A stretch of DNA of 64,000 bases from Lysobacterales bacterium (GTDB taxonomy: Bacteria > Pseudomonadota > Gammaproteobacteria > Xanthomonadales > SZUA-36). The position numbers were made by a program, and so were the translations under genes. The notes beneath the pieces are model-generated. The model ran no database searches. It worked only from the letters and a program-made list of their open reading frames with translations, and had not been told where the DNA came from. The DNA lies in the NCBI GenBank assembly GCA_011773845.1, contig WVWV01000033.1:7113-71112 (forward strand). Direction: 5' to 3'. Below are positions 47,116 to 55,721 of the stretch, piece by piece (the first letter of the stretch is position 1; every line of letters begins with the position of its first letter).

Positions 47116-48186
47116 TCAGCGCTGCCCGCGCCTCGCCCGGCCGGCATACAGCCCCACGCCGAGCGTCAGCATGGCCAGCAGGGCCAGCATCCATTCGCTG
47201 AGCGTCGGCACCGGAATGACCTCCGGCGGTGGCGGTGGCGGTGGCGGCGGCCCCGTATTGGTGAAAATGCAGGTGTAGGTCAGCCCACCCGCCACGGTGA
47301 GGTCAACCGAGCTGCTGCCGGAGGCAACGAGCACGTCCGCCTGGTAACATTCCACGGATGCCGTGAACCCCGCCTTCGTCGTTTCGGTAATCGTGTAGGT
47401 ATCGTTGGTTACGCCGGTGAACTGCTCGACCCCGCCGCCAGCGGCTATGCTGAAACCGCCAAGTTCGCCGGAGAAGTCCCAGGCTGACGCCGGGGGCGTG
47501 ACGCCATCCGGCTCGAGGTCCTTGACCACGTTGATGACGTTTCCTTCAGGAGGCGGCGGCGGTTCGTCGCAGGCCAGTACGGATCCCCCGCCGTCGTGGA
47601 AAATCTCCAGGCACACGGCGTCGACCTTGACCTCGGCTGTGACGATCTTCTCGAACACCACGCCGAAAGCATTGTTATTGACGATGGCGGGCGTGAGATC
47701 ACCCGGACCCAAACCCCAACCGGCCAAGGTCCCATTGACGGAGGCGAATGTGGTATCTGCGCAGTTGCCGGACCCTGGGTCTGGGGTCGGGATGTTGCGG
47801 GCAATACCCACGGTGGTCGGCGGATCGACGGTCGCATTCGAAGCCAGCTGAACACTGACATCCTGCCCCCCCTGCGAACCCGCCTTGATGAAGGCCTCGA
47901 CGCCCGTGATGGTCGCCCCACCGGGGATGGTGAATCCGAAATTCGAGATCAGGTTGATTTTACCCACGGCTCCCATGTTGGCGCAGGTATCATCGGGCGG
48001 GCCGATAACCGCCCCTTTCTTGCCGCCCCAGTCCCCGGCCTCGGCCCCTGCATACTCCGCCTGGACATTGTCGACGCCAGCCCACACCAGTGAGGGCAGC
48101 AGCACCGCAAGCCCCATGAGGGCTGCGTTAAGCACTTTCGTTGCTGAGAACCGGGTCTCGGTCGCCTTTCGCTTTCCTGCATTCAT
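47116..48186 (-). CDS. Secreted/surface protein with a C-terminal IPTL-CTERM sorting signal
   Basis: Signal peptide 'LMGLAVLLPSLVWA'. Two polyproline linkers ('DEPPPPPEG', 'GPPPPPPPPPE'). C-terminal 'IPVPTLSEWMLALLAMLTLGVGLYAGRARRGQR' (IPTL motif + TM helix + basic tail). ATG 48186 is preceded by GGAGAA. Confidence 0.8.
   Translation of the reverse strand: MNAGKRKATETRFSATKVLNAALMGLAVLLPSLVWAGVDNVQAEYAGAEAGDWGGKKGAVIGPPDDTCANMGAVGKINLISNFGFTIPGGATITGVEAFIKAGSQGGQDVSVQLASNATVDPPTTVGIARNIPTPDPGSGNCADTTFASVNGTLAGWGLGPGDLTPAIVNNNAFGVVFEKIVTAEVKVDAVCLEIFHDGGGSVLACDEPPPPPEGNVINVVKDLEPDGVTPPASAWDFSGELGGFSIAAGGGVEQFTGVTNDTYTITETTKAGFTASVECYQADVLVASGSSSVDLTVAGGLTYTCIFTNTGPPPPPPPPPEVIPVPTLSEWMLALLAMLTLGVGLYAGRARRGQR
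47225..47251. repeat. Hexanucleotide tandem repeat (GGCGGT)x3 + GGCGGCGGC encoding the polyproline linker
   Basis: Read directly at 47225-47251. It lies in frame within the IPTL-CTERM gene, on the minus strand as CCN codons. Confidence 0.8.
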
Positions 48187-48398
48187 GGGTGTTCTCCCTA
48201 TGCCTTGCATCATTCATGGCGTTCGGTCTCGATTTCGAGTCCGCTTATCACAAAGTATATTCAGATTCTTCTTTATCCGCCCCATTTTCCCCAATTGGAA
48301 GCCATTTTTCAATGAGAGTGCATGGGGTTTTAACGCGTGCGTCTTCCGCGGCATTCGCTTGGCATTTCGCTGGAATGTAGAGAAATATAGCAAGCGAT

Positions 48399-48474
48399 TG
48401 GTGCCGGCTGAGGGATTCGAACCCCCGACCTACTGATTACAAATCAGTTGCTCTGCCAACTGAGCTAAGCCGGC
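48399..48474 (-). tRNA. tRNA-Thr (anticodon UGU), CCA encoded
   Basis: Manual cloverleaf of 76 nt: acceptor GCCGGCT/AGCCGGC, D-arm GCTC-AGTTGGCA-GAGC, anticodon arm ACTGA-TTTGTAA-TCAGT, T-arm GGGGG-TTCGAAT-CCCTC, then ACCA. Confidence 0.93.
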
Positions 48475-48536
48475 GCCGCGCTCCATTCTAATGCACCCGG
48501 GCCCGCGCGCGCAGCCCGCGCAACGGGCGCGGGCGG

Positions 48537-49253
48537 TCATGGCTCTGGCCGGTCGGCCGGCTCGGCCGCCTGCTCCCCCGGCTCCAGGCAGGTCACTGGG
48601 CGCTGCGCGATGCCGGCATGGCCCTCGCCCAGCAGGTAGGGCGCCGAGGGGCCGCCGGTGTGCTGCGCGTAATCCAGCCAGTACTGCATCTCGGAAGTCA
48701 GCTGCGGCCGCAGGCGGGCCTGGAACCCGGCGGCGGCCAGCTGGTCCATGCGGTTGAGCGCGTTCATCCGGTTGCCGAAGAAGCCCGCGGAAATGGACAG
48801 GTTCCATTCGTCCCCGGAGGCGACGTTGATGTCGGCGAGCCCGGCCGCGCGCATTTCCGCGGCTGCCGCGCGTGCCGCCTCCAGGCTGTGGAAAGGCGGG
48901 ATGTACACCCAGTAACCCCGCGTCACCTCGGCCTCGGCCGCCCAGCCCTGCACCGACTGGACCGCCTCGCGGACCGTCGCCATGGCCGCGTCGCGCATGG
49001 CGGCATCGGTGAACGGACCCAACGTGAAGCAGTGCACCCCGGCCGTGGCATCGGCCCCCGCGCCCGGCAATTCTTCGAGCAGCACGATGCCGGCAAGCTC
49101 GGCCCTCTGCCCGCCCCCGCGCGATGCCGCCTCGACCTCCGGCGGCGGTCGCAGGGCCTTCAGCACCACCAGCAGCAGGTTCAGGAGCAGCAGCGCCAGC
49201 ACCATCATGCGCTGCAGCTGGCGGTCGCCCGCCAGCCGGCGCCAATCGCCCAT
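48537..49253 (-). CDS. SPOR-domain (septal peptidoglycan-binding) membrane-anchored protein
   Basis: 238 aa. TM anchor 'MMVLALLLLNLLLVVL' and SPOR-like repeats ('GYWVYIPPFHSLEAARAAAAEMRAAG', 'ISAGFFGNRMNALNRMDQLAAAGF'). The upstream part of ORF 48537-50165 is shadow-like. Confidence 0.65.
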   Translation of the reverse strand: MGDWRRLAGDRQLQRMMVLALLLLNLLLVVLKALRPPPEVEAASRGGGQRAELAGIVLLEELPGAGADATAGVHCFTLGPFTDAAMRDAAMATVREAVQSVQGWAAEAEVTRGYWVYIPPFHSLEAARAAAAEMRAAGLADINVASGDEWNLSISAGFFGNRMNALNRMDQLAAAGFQARLRPQLTSEMQYWLDYAQHTGGPSAPYLLGEGHAGIAQRPVTCLEPGEQAAEPADRPEP

Positions 49254-49258
49254 CGTCT

Positions 49259-50251
49259 TCACCCTCCGCCCCGGCCCGCGCGCAGCAGGCTGGCCTCGCC
49301 GGCCAGCACCTCCTGCCGGCGCCCGTCGACATCCAGCCACAGGCCGCCGCGCTCGCTGACGCCGCGCGCCACCCCCCGCAGGCGGGCGCCGCCCTGCTGC
49401 ACGGAAACGCGCCGGCCCCACAGCGCGTCGGCCCGCCGCCATGCCGGCCGAAACACGCCAAACCCATGCGCCTCGAAGCGCTGCATGGATTGCAGCAGCT
49501 CGGCCAGCACCGCGGCCGCCAGCGCGTTGCGCGATACCGTTCCCAGCGCGCTGCCCAGGTCGGTCCACGGCTGGTCGATCAGTTCGCGGGCCTGGCTGTC
49601 CGCGGGCATGTGGACGTTGATGCCGATCCCCATCACGGCCCGGCAGGGCCCGTTGGCGTCGCCCTGGATCTCGACCAGGCACCCGCCCAGCTTGCGCCCG
49701 TCCACCACCAGGTCGTTGGGCCACTTGACGCCCTGGGCCCGCAGCCCCGCCCCCCGAATGGCGCGCGTCGCGGCCAGGGCCACCACCAGCGGCAGGCCGC
49801 CGAGTTCGGCCACGCCGCGCTCCAAGACCCATCCCAGGCTCAGGTACAGGTTGCGCGCGAAGGGTGAGTGCCAACGGCGGCCGTGGCGACCCCGGCCGGC
49901 GGTCTGGCGTTCCGCCAGCACGGCTGCGCCGTGCGCTTCGTCCCGCCCCAGCTTGCGCACCACGTCGTTGGTCGAATCGCACGTCGCCAGCACCCGTACA
50001 TTTCCCAGCGCGGCGCGCGATGCGCCCATGGCCGCGAGGATGCGCTCGCGATCGAGCAGTTCCAGTGCCTCGCGCAAGCGGTAGCCCTGACCCGGTACCG
50101 CGTCGATGCCGACCCCCAGGGCGCGCAAGGCGCCCACCTGCTTCCAGACCGCCGTGCGCGAGCACCCCAGCTCGGCGGCGATCGACTGGCCCGACCGCGT
50201 CTCGGTGCTGGACAGGAAGCCCGCCAGGAGAAGGTCCGCTGGCCCACCCAC
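49259..50251 (-). CDS. birA: Bifunctional biotin--[acetyl-CoA-carboxylase] ligase / biotin operon repressor
   Basis: N-terminal wHTH 'SGQSIAAELGCSRTAVWKQVGALRALG', catalytic 'QTAGRGRHGRRW' and 'KWPNDL'. GTG start at 50251 lies 5 nt after the plsY stop; the start is less certain than the gene call. Confidence 0.88.
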   Translation of the reverse strand: MGGPADLLLAGFLSSTETRSGQSIAAELGCSRTAVWKQVGALRALGVGIDAVPGQGYRLREALELLDRERILAAMGASRAALGNVRVLATCDSTNDVVRKLGRDEAHGAAVLAERQTAGRGRHGRRWHSPFARNLYLSLGWVLERGVAELGGLPLVVALAATRAIRGAGLRAQGVKWPNDLVVDGRKLGGCLVEIQGDANGPCRAVMGIGINVHMPADSQARELIDQPWTDLGSALGTVSRNALAAAVLAELLQSMQRFEAHGFGVFRPAWRRADALWGRRVSVQQGGARLRGVARGVSERGGLWLDVDGRRQEVLAGEASLLRAGRGGG

Positions 50252-50256
50252 GACCG

Positions 50257-50892
50257 TCAGCGCGCCCGGCGGAACCAACGGGTGAGCCGCGCGCGCTCGA
50301 AACGATGCTCGGTGCCCGCGCGCATGCGCTGCAAATTGCTGCGGTGGGTGAACGCCATGAACGCGGCGCTGGCCACGCAAAATATCCACAGCCCCGGCGA
50401 GGCGTCGAGCCACAACGCGCCCGGCAGCAGGCTGAACCCGGCCAGCACGGTGGCTAGGCCGACGTACCCGCTGAGCGCCAGCGCCACGAGCCAGGTGCCG
50501 ACCATCGGCAACAGCAGGCAGGGCTGGACCACCAGCAACGCGCCCAGCGCGGTGGCCGCGCCCTTGCCGCCCCGGAAACCGTGATAGAGCGGATAGCAGT
50601 GGCCCACGATGGCCGCGAAACCACAGGCCAGCATGGCCACCTCCCGGGCCGTAGCGCCCGGGCTCGCGACCAGGGCGGGCAGCCAGGCGACCGCCACTAC
50701 GCCCTTGCCGACATCCACCACCACCACGCCCAGGGCAAACCAGAACCCCTGGGTGCGAAAGGCGTTGGTGCCGCCGGCATTGCCGCTGCCCAGGGTGCGG
50801 ATGTCCACCTGGCGCAGCTTGCCGAGCAACAATGAGCCCGACAGGGAGCCCAGCAGGTAGGCCAGCAACACCATCCCGGCCAGCGACCACAT
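50257..50892 (-). CDS. plsY: Acyl-phosphate:glycerol-3-phosphate acyltransferase PlsY
   Basis: 211 aa with 'YLLGSLSGSLLLGKL...DIRTLGSGNAGGTNAFR' and 'GGKGAATALG', the canonical PlsY motifs. Confidence 0.95.
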   Translation of the reverse strand: MWSLAGMVLLAYLLGSLSGSLLLGKLRQVDIRTLGSGNAGGTNAFRTQGFWFALGVVVVDVGKGVVAVAWLPALVASPGATAREVAMLACGFAAIVGHCYPLYHGFRGGKGAATALGALLVVQPCLLLPMVGTWLVALALSGYVGLATVLAGFSLLPGALWLDASPGLWIFCVASAAFMAFTHRSNLQRMRAGTEHRFERARLTRWFRRAR

Positions 50893-52703
50893 CAGCCCAG
50901 CACCTCCGGCTGCGGCAGGATGCCGGCGATCAGGCCGCCGCGACCGAAATGCACGCCCAGGGCCGGCCCCGCCTCGGTGATGTGGCAGGAGTGGATCATG
51001 GGATGCCGCGCCAGGATCAGGCGCCGCACCTTGTGCGCCCCCGCGTCGTTGTCCACATGCGCAATCAGCACCCGGTAGAACACGCCCGGCTGCATGCGCG
51101 CCAGCGCGCGCGCCGCCAGCGCGCGTGCGCTGGCGCCCTTGCCGAAACTGACGCCGGCGAACCCCACCGTGCCCCGGCGGGCCATCAGCACCGGCGTGAG
51201 GTTCAGCACATCACACACCTTCTTGACCCAGGCCGGCACCCGTCCGCCGCGCACCGCCCACGACAGGTCCTCGGTAATCGCGATGGTGAGCGCCTGCGGC
51301 GCCATTTCCGCCAACAAGGCCAGGATCTCATCGGCGGTCATGCCCCCCGCGGCTGCCTCGGCCGCCACGATGGCCAGCAGGGCCTGTCCGCAACTGGCAT
51401 TCTCCGTATCGAACACCTCCACGCGCCCCGAGGTGACGCGTTCGGCGGCCGAGGCGGCTGCCTGGGTGGTGCCGCTGAGCTTGCGGGTCAGGCCCACCGA
51501 CACGACCTCGTAACCGTGGCTGCACAGCAACGAGTAGACGCGCCGAAAATCCTGCGCCGGCGGCTGCGAGGTCCGCGGCAGCTCCTCGCTCTCCTCCAGC
51601 ATGCGATAAAACTCGGTCGGCTTGATCGACACCCGGTCGAGGAATTCGCGGTCGCCGAAGCTCAGGCGCACGGGCACGACGTTGATGCCGAGCCGCTCGA
51701 TTTCCGACTCCGGCAGGTCCGCCGCCGAATCCACCACGATGGCGGTGCGGCCCGGCTGGTTCATGAGGCCATGCTGGCGCTGCATGTCGTCGGCTTTCTG
51801 CTGCGTGATCTCGCCAAACGCCTCGCAGGCCAGGAAGACTTCCGCCGGCTGATTGACATGAATGTGCACGCGGATCCGGTCGGGGCTTCCCGCCACCACC
51901 AGCGAGCTGCCGTCAAGCGCCTGCAGGCGCGCCATGACCCGCCCGCGGTCCATGTGCTGGCCGTCGATCACGCACTCGGTGCAGTAGCGGTGGTCCCCGG
52001 GCGCCTCACCGGCCTCGAGGTCGACCGTCGCCAGGTCCTGCATGTCCGCTTCCAGCGCATCGATCTCGCCCCGGTCGGTATACGCCCAGATGCCTTCCAG
52101 CAGGTCCACGAAACCCTGCCCGCCCGCATCCACCACGCCCGCCTGCTTCAACACCGGCAGCTGGTTGGGCGTATTCGCCAGGGAGGCGTGCGCGCGCTTC
52201 ATCCCATCCCTGAGCAGCATGCGGATATCCGTCACGCCCGCGGCCACGCGCTGCGTGAGCTCGTCGGCAAAATCCTCGAGCACGGTGGGCAGCGTGCCGG
52301 CGACCGGCTCGGCCATGGCCGTCCAGGCTTGCTCCGCGCCCCGCGCACTGGCGGCCGCCAGACCATTGGCCGTCAGCAGGCGGCGGCCGCCCGCGGCTTC
52401 GCGAAAGCCCTGGAAGAATTGCGCCATGATGGCGCCCGAGTTGCCGCGCGCACCGTCAAGCGACGCCTCGGTGACCCGCTCCAGCACCTCGCCGAGGCCC
52501 AGCTCCGGGTGCCCACTGAGCCGCTCCAGGATGGCTCGGAAGGTAAAGGCCATGTTGGTGCCGGTATCGCCGTCGGGCACCGGGAACACGTTGATGCGGT
52601 TGATATATTCCCGCCGTCGAAACAGGTGACGAATGCCCGCCGCGAGGCCACGCGCAAGGCGCGGCCCGTCCAGGTATGCAATTGACGGCGGGGTTGAGTT
52701 CAT
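50892..52703 (-). CDS. DAK2-domain (FakA-like N-terminal half) fused to a DegV/FakB-like fatty-acid-binding domain
   Basis: N-terminal 'NVFPVPDGDTGTNM', 'GARGNSG', 'AGVVDAGGQGF' and 'YCTECVI' (Dak2/YloV-like). C-terminal 'TAIVVDSAADLP...VVPVRLSFGDREFLD...PRTSQPP' (DegV-like). The stop overlaps the plsY ATG by 1 nt (TGATG). Start at ATG 52703. Confidence 0.85.
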   Translation of the reverse strand: MNSTPPSIAYLDGPRLARGLAAGIRHLFRRREYINRINVFPVPDGDTGTNMAFTFRAILERLSGHPELGLGEVLERVTEASLDGARGNSGAIMAQFFQGFREAAGGRRLLTANGLAAASARGAEQAWTAMAEPVAGTLPTVLEDFADELTQRVAAGVTDIRMLLRDGMKRAHASLANTPNQLPVLKQAGVVDAGGQGFVDLLEGIWAYTDRGEIDALEADMQDLATVDLEAGEAPGDHRYCTECVIDGQHMDRGRVMARLQALDGSSLVVAGSPDRIRVHIHVNQPAEVFLACEAFGEITQQKADDMQRQHGLMNQPGRTAIVVDSAADLPESEIERLGINVVPVRLSFGDREFLDRVSIKPTEFYRMLEESEELPRTSQPPAQDFRRVYSLLCSHGYEVVSVGLTRKLSGTTQAAASAAERVTSGRVEVFDTENASCGQALLAIVAAEAAAGGMTADEILALLAEMAPQALTIAITEDLSWAVRGGRVPAWVKKVCDVLNLTPVLMARRGTVGFAGVSFGKGASARALAARALARMQPGVFYRVLIAHVDNDAGAHKVRRLILARHPMIHSCHITEAGPALGVHFGRGGLIAGILPQPEVLG

Positions 52704-52877
52704 GTTGAAAAACGCTGGAGCCCGTGGCCCGAGCATAGCATTTTGCGCCTCCTTTTAGACCCCGCCATGGCGAGAAAATCCCGGCGATGGCGAATACCGC
52801 CGCTGCCCGACGCCGGGCAGCAGCGGGCGCCTGGCGTTGCGGCCGGCGGCGCATCGAACCGTGGCTTTCGGCACATC

Positions 52878-52894
52878 TGGCATGAAACCTGCAT
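52878..52894 (+). promoter_or_regulatory. Candidate sigma-54 (-24/-12) promoter: TGGCATGAAACCTGCAT
   Basis: The GG and GC dinucleotides have exact canonical spacing (consensus TGGCACG-N4-TTGCW) with two mismatches at defined positions. It lies about 43 nt upstream of the PspC-domain gene ATG. Confidence 0.4.
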
Positions 52895-52936
52895 CGCTAT
52901 ACTGGACCAGGGTGGAAAACGAGCGGGTTGAGGACC

Positions 52937-53278
52937 ATGAACGCCGAGAACGTCATCGAAAGCATTCGCAAGAATCTCAACGGGCGACCGGGACAGCCGA
53001 TCGTGCTGGGGGTGTGCAGCACCCTGGCAACGCGCTTTGACCGCGAGCCATGGGTGTTCCGGGCCGCTGCCATCGTGCTGGCGGTGTTCTTCACCCTCGC
53101 CACGCTGGCGGTTTACGTGGCGCTTGGCCTGCTCATGAAAGAGACCGAGACGCGCACCCGCGGCCTGTTCACGGGCCTCGTCATCTGGGGGCGCGAGGCC
53201 TTCGAGCGGTGCCTGGAAGCCTGCGGCACGCTGTCCGGCGGCGGGCGGACGGCCGATCGCAACGGGCCACCCCATTAA
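52937..53278 (+). CDS. PspC-domain membrane protein
   Basis: 'IVLGVCSTLATRFDREPWVFRAAAIVLAVFFTLATLAVYVALGLLM' matches the PspC domain pattern. Start at ATG 52937 or TTG 52928. Confidence 0.7.
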   Translation: MNAENVIESIRKNLNGRPGQPIVLGVCSTLATRFDREPWVFRAAAIVLAVFFTLATLAVYVALGLLMKETETRTRGLFTGLVIWGREAFERCLEACGTLSGGGRTADRNGPPH

Positions 53279-53347
53279 GACACTGCGAACCGGCGCTGAG
53301 CCGGGCCATGAGCCGCACCGCATGCGCGTGTGCCGGCGGCACGGGGA

Positions 53348-53581
53348 TCAGGCGACCAGCCACTCCCGCAAGGCGTCCCGGTCGAAGGGCCAGGACAGCT
53401 CGGCCCCGCTGTCCGCGCGCCGCAGCACCGGTATCCGGACGCCGTAGCGGTACGTGAGCGCCAGGTCCCCCTCGATATCCACCACGCGCAATTCGTGCAC
53501 GCCGAGCTCGGCTTCGATCAGCGCCAGGGCCTGCTCGCACAGGTGGCAGCCGGGTGCGCTGTAGAGGGTCAACTCAGCCAT
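53348..53581 (-). CDS. Glutaredoxin-like small thioredoxin-fold protein
   Basis: 77 aa. 'LTLYSAPGCHLCEQA' is a CxxC motif at the start of a thioredoxin fold, followed by 'GVRIPVL'. The N-terminal 36 aa of the longest ORF were rejected. Confidence 0.7.
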   Translation of the reverse strand: MAELTLYSAPGCHLCEQALALIEAELGVHELRVVDIEGDLALTYRYGVRIPVLRRADSGAELSWPFDRDALREWLVA

Positions 53582-53649
53582 TACGCGCCTAGGCGCCTGT
53601 CGGGCGACCCACCAAGCCGCCCCTTCGCGTCCGGGGCCGCGCGCCAACC

Positions 53650-54591
53650 TCAGCCATGCGCCGCAGCGCGGGTGAGCAACAGGCCCCAACCCAGCACTTC
53701 CGCCGCCCCCGGGGCAGGTGGGGCGGCGCCGGGCGGCACCGCCGCTGCCCCCGCCACATCCTCGATGGGGCCAAAGTGGCTGACACGGAAACCGCTAGCC
53801 TCCAGCAGGGCGCGGAACGCGCCCCGGTCCTCCACCACCCCCGCCAGCAGCGCCTCGCGCCGCCGTTGGTCGAGCAGGAAGCTTTGCCGCCATTTCACGA
53901 ACCGCTCCATGCTCGGCAGGTGCAGGTAGCGGTTGACCGTCTTGACGACCGCGTCGACCCGCCAGAACCTGCTCAGTTCGGGGCGGTCCAGGCGCCGGGC
54001 CAGGATCTCCTCGACTGCGCGCCGCCGCTCGGGTGAGGGTTCCGCCACGTACTCCTGCGTGGCCTCGAAAATGCCCGATTCCAGGATCACCGGGATGTCT
54101 TCGCGCATCGCCGCCCGCGCGGACTGCACGGAGACCGAATCCGGGTGATGCAGCACAAAGGCGCCCCGCGCGCGCGGCTTCATGACGCGGTGGAGCTCCG
54201 GCAGCGAACGCTCGAGCTCCGAATACTCCAGCGCGAAGCAGCCGGTCACCCCATCGAACATGGCGCCCGGAAAACCCGTGTCCTCCGCGGTGCGACGGTA
54301 GAAATGCACGTTGCCGGTCGCAGGCACCTGTTCGGGCCGGATATCGGCCGTATCGATGGCGTGGATATCGAATTCATGGCCCCTGATCCCGAGCATGATT
54401 TTGGGAATGGGCAAGTTGCCCGTACCGATGTCCAGCATCGTGTGCCGACGATCGGGCGGGAAACCGGTGAAGAAATCGATCCAGAATTGCAACAACCGGC
54501 CCGAGTACGGCTCCAGGAACGTGGTGGGGTGACGCAGGTCGTGGAACTGCGTCCAGATGTCTTCGGTGCTGTGAGTGGTTTGGTCGTTCAT
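53650..54591 (-). CDS. Class-I SAM-dependent methyltransferase
   Basis: 313 aa. Motif I 'MLDIGTGNL' and post-I/II 'FDGVTGCFALEY...RVMKPRARGAF'. Start at ATG 54591. The upstream 397 aa of ORF 53650-55782 are shadow-like. Confidence 0.75.
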   Translation of the reverse strand: MNDQTTHSTEDIWTQFHDLRHPTTFLEPYSGRLLQFWIDFFTGFPPDRRHTMLDIGTGNLPIPKIMLGIRGHEFDIHAIDTADIRPEQVPATGNVHFYRRTAEDTGFPGAMFDGVTGCFALEYSELERSLPELHRVMKPRARGAFVLHHPDSVSVQSARAAMREDIPVILESGIFEATQEYVAEPSPERRRAVEEILARRLDRPELSRFWRVDAVVKTVNRYLHLPSMERFVKWRQSFLLDQRRREALLAGVVEDRGAFRALLEASGFRVSHFGPIEDVAGAAAVPPGAAPPAPGAAEVLGWGLLLTRAAAHG

Positions 54592-54717
54592 GGGCTCGCC
54601 CCGCACGGGCGCCAGTGTACCCGATATCGCCCGGCCCATACCGAGGCCTGGCGGACCCGGCGGGCGGCCGCCCCCGCGGATGTCCGGGCCGCAATCCGTT
54701 AGCGCTAGAATGGGGCC

Positions 54718-55698
54718 ATGAAGACCCGCGGCAGCGAATGGAAGGCCGGCATAGCAGGCTGCGCCCGGCGCCTGTGCATGGCGCTCGCGTGCGGGTTCGG
54801 GTGCGCGCTGGCGCTCGCCGGCGACATGTACAAATGGCAGGACGAGGACGGCGTCTGGCATTTCAGCGACCGACCGCCGGCAGCGGGTGAGGCGTTCGAC
54901 ACCTTCGAGGTGCCCGCCGAGCCACGCGAAATGGTCTCCCTGCGGCGGGTGGGCAGCGAGCGGGAACCCACCTACGTGTTCTTCAATCACTACCACGGGC
55001 CGGCCGAGCTCGAGGTGCACCTGGCAGAGGCCCGCAACGTGCGCACCGAGCCGGCCTTGCCAGCGCGCTTCGTGTTGCCGGGACAGGCCGAGCGCTACCT
55101 GGTGGACCTGCGGGCGGTGGATGCGCGCCAGGGTTTCCGCTACCGCCTGGGCTATGCGCTGGTTCCCGGGCCGCCGACCATGGCGCTGCCCACCGACCTC
55201 GACTTCTATCCACCCTTTCCCGCCGGCCTGGCCTTCCCGATCAGCCAGGGGCTGGACGATAGCGCCACCCACAGCACCCCGGACAGTGAATTCGCCGTGG
55301 ACATCGCCATGCCCGAGGGCACCCCGGTGCTCGCGGCCCGGGCCGGGGTGGTCATGGACCTGGAGGACGGTTTCCACGCCGCCGGCAAACAGCAGCAGCG
55401 CTACATGAATCGCGCCAACCACGTGCGCATCCTGCACGAGGACGGCAGCATGGCCGTGTACGCGCACCTGCAGGCCGACAGCGCGCGGGTGGGGCCCGGC
55501 ATGCGGGTACCGGTCGGGACCTGGATCGCCAATTCCGGCAATACGGGTTTCAGCAGCGGCCCGCACCTGCATTTCGTGGTTCAGCTCAATACGGGCATGA
55601 CGCTCACCTCGCTGCCATTCCGGTTTCGGCTGCGGGGCGGCAGGGTGTTGAGCCCGGACCGGGCCCAGATGCTGAGCGGCGTTATCCCCTTGCCCTGA
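54718..55698 (+). CDS. M23-family metallopeptidase with an N-terminal DUF4124-like domain
   Basis: '[18 protein letters not shown]' is DUF4124-type. M23 motifs are '[16 protein letters not shown]' and '[15 protein letters not shown]'. An internal ATG at 54778 is an alternative start. Confidence 0.85.
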   Translation: MKTRGSEWKAGIAGCARRLCMALACGFGCALALAGDMYKWQDEDGVWHFSDRPPAAGEAFDTFEVPAEPREMVSLRRVGSEREPTYVFFNHYHGPAELEVHLAEARNVRTEPALPARFVLPGQAERYLVDLRAVDARQGFRYRLGYALVPGPPTMALPTDLDFYPPFPAGLAFPISQGLDDSATHSTPDSEFAVDIAMPEGTPVLAARAGVVMDLEDGFHAAGKQQQRYMNRANHVRILHEDGSMAVYAHLQADSARVGPGMRVPVGTWIANSGNTGFSSGPHLHFVVQLNTGMTLTSLPFRFRLRGGRVLSPDRAQMLSGVIPLP

Positions 55699-55721
55699 CG
55701 GCGCGGTTGCGGGCACGCATC

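Noticed and set aside
48141-48380. 79-aa plus-strand ORF in the lower-GC spacer between the IPTL-CTERM gene and tRNA-Thr.
   Set aside because: It has no RBS, overlaps the 5' end and promoter region of the IPTL-CTERM gene, and has no recognisable motif. It is probably non-coding regulatory DNA.
48514-48534. Perfect 8-bp GC hairpin GCCCGCGC-AACGG-GCGCGGGC just downstream of the SPOR gene stop.
   Set aside because: No U-tract follows on the transcribed (minus) strand, and tRNA-Thr lies directly downstream. It may be a processing or pausing structure, but I cannot support calling it a terminator.
47024-48536. Possible genomic-island or integration hotspot at tRNA-Thr. A surface-protein gene, lower-GC spacer and tRNA are adjacent.
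   Set aside because: No integrase, transposase, direct repeat of the tRNA 3' end or other mobility signature is visible. The segment holds a single gene flanked by ordinary housekeeping genes.
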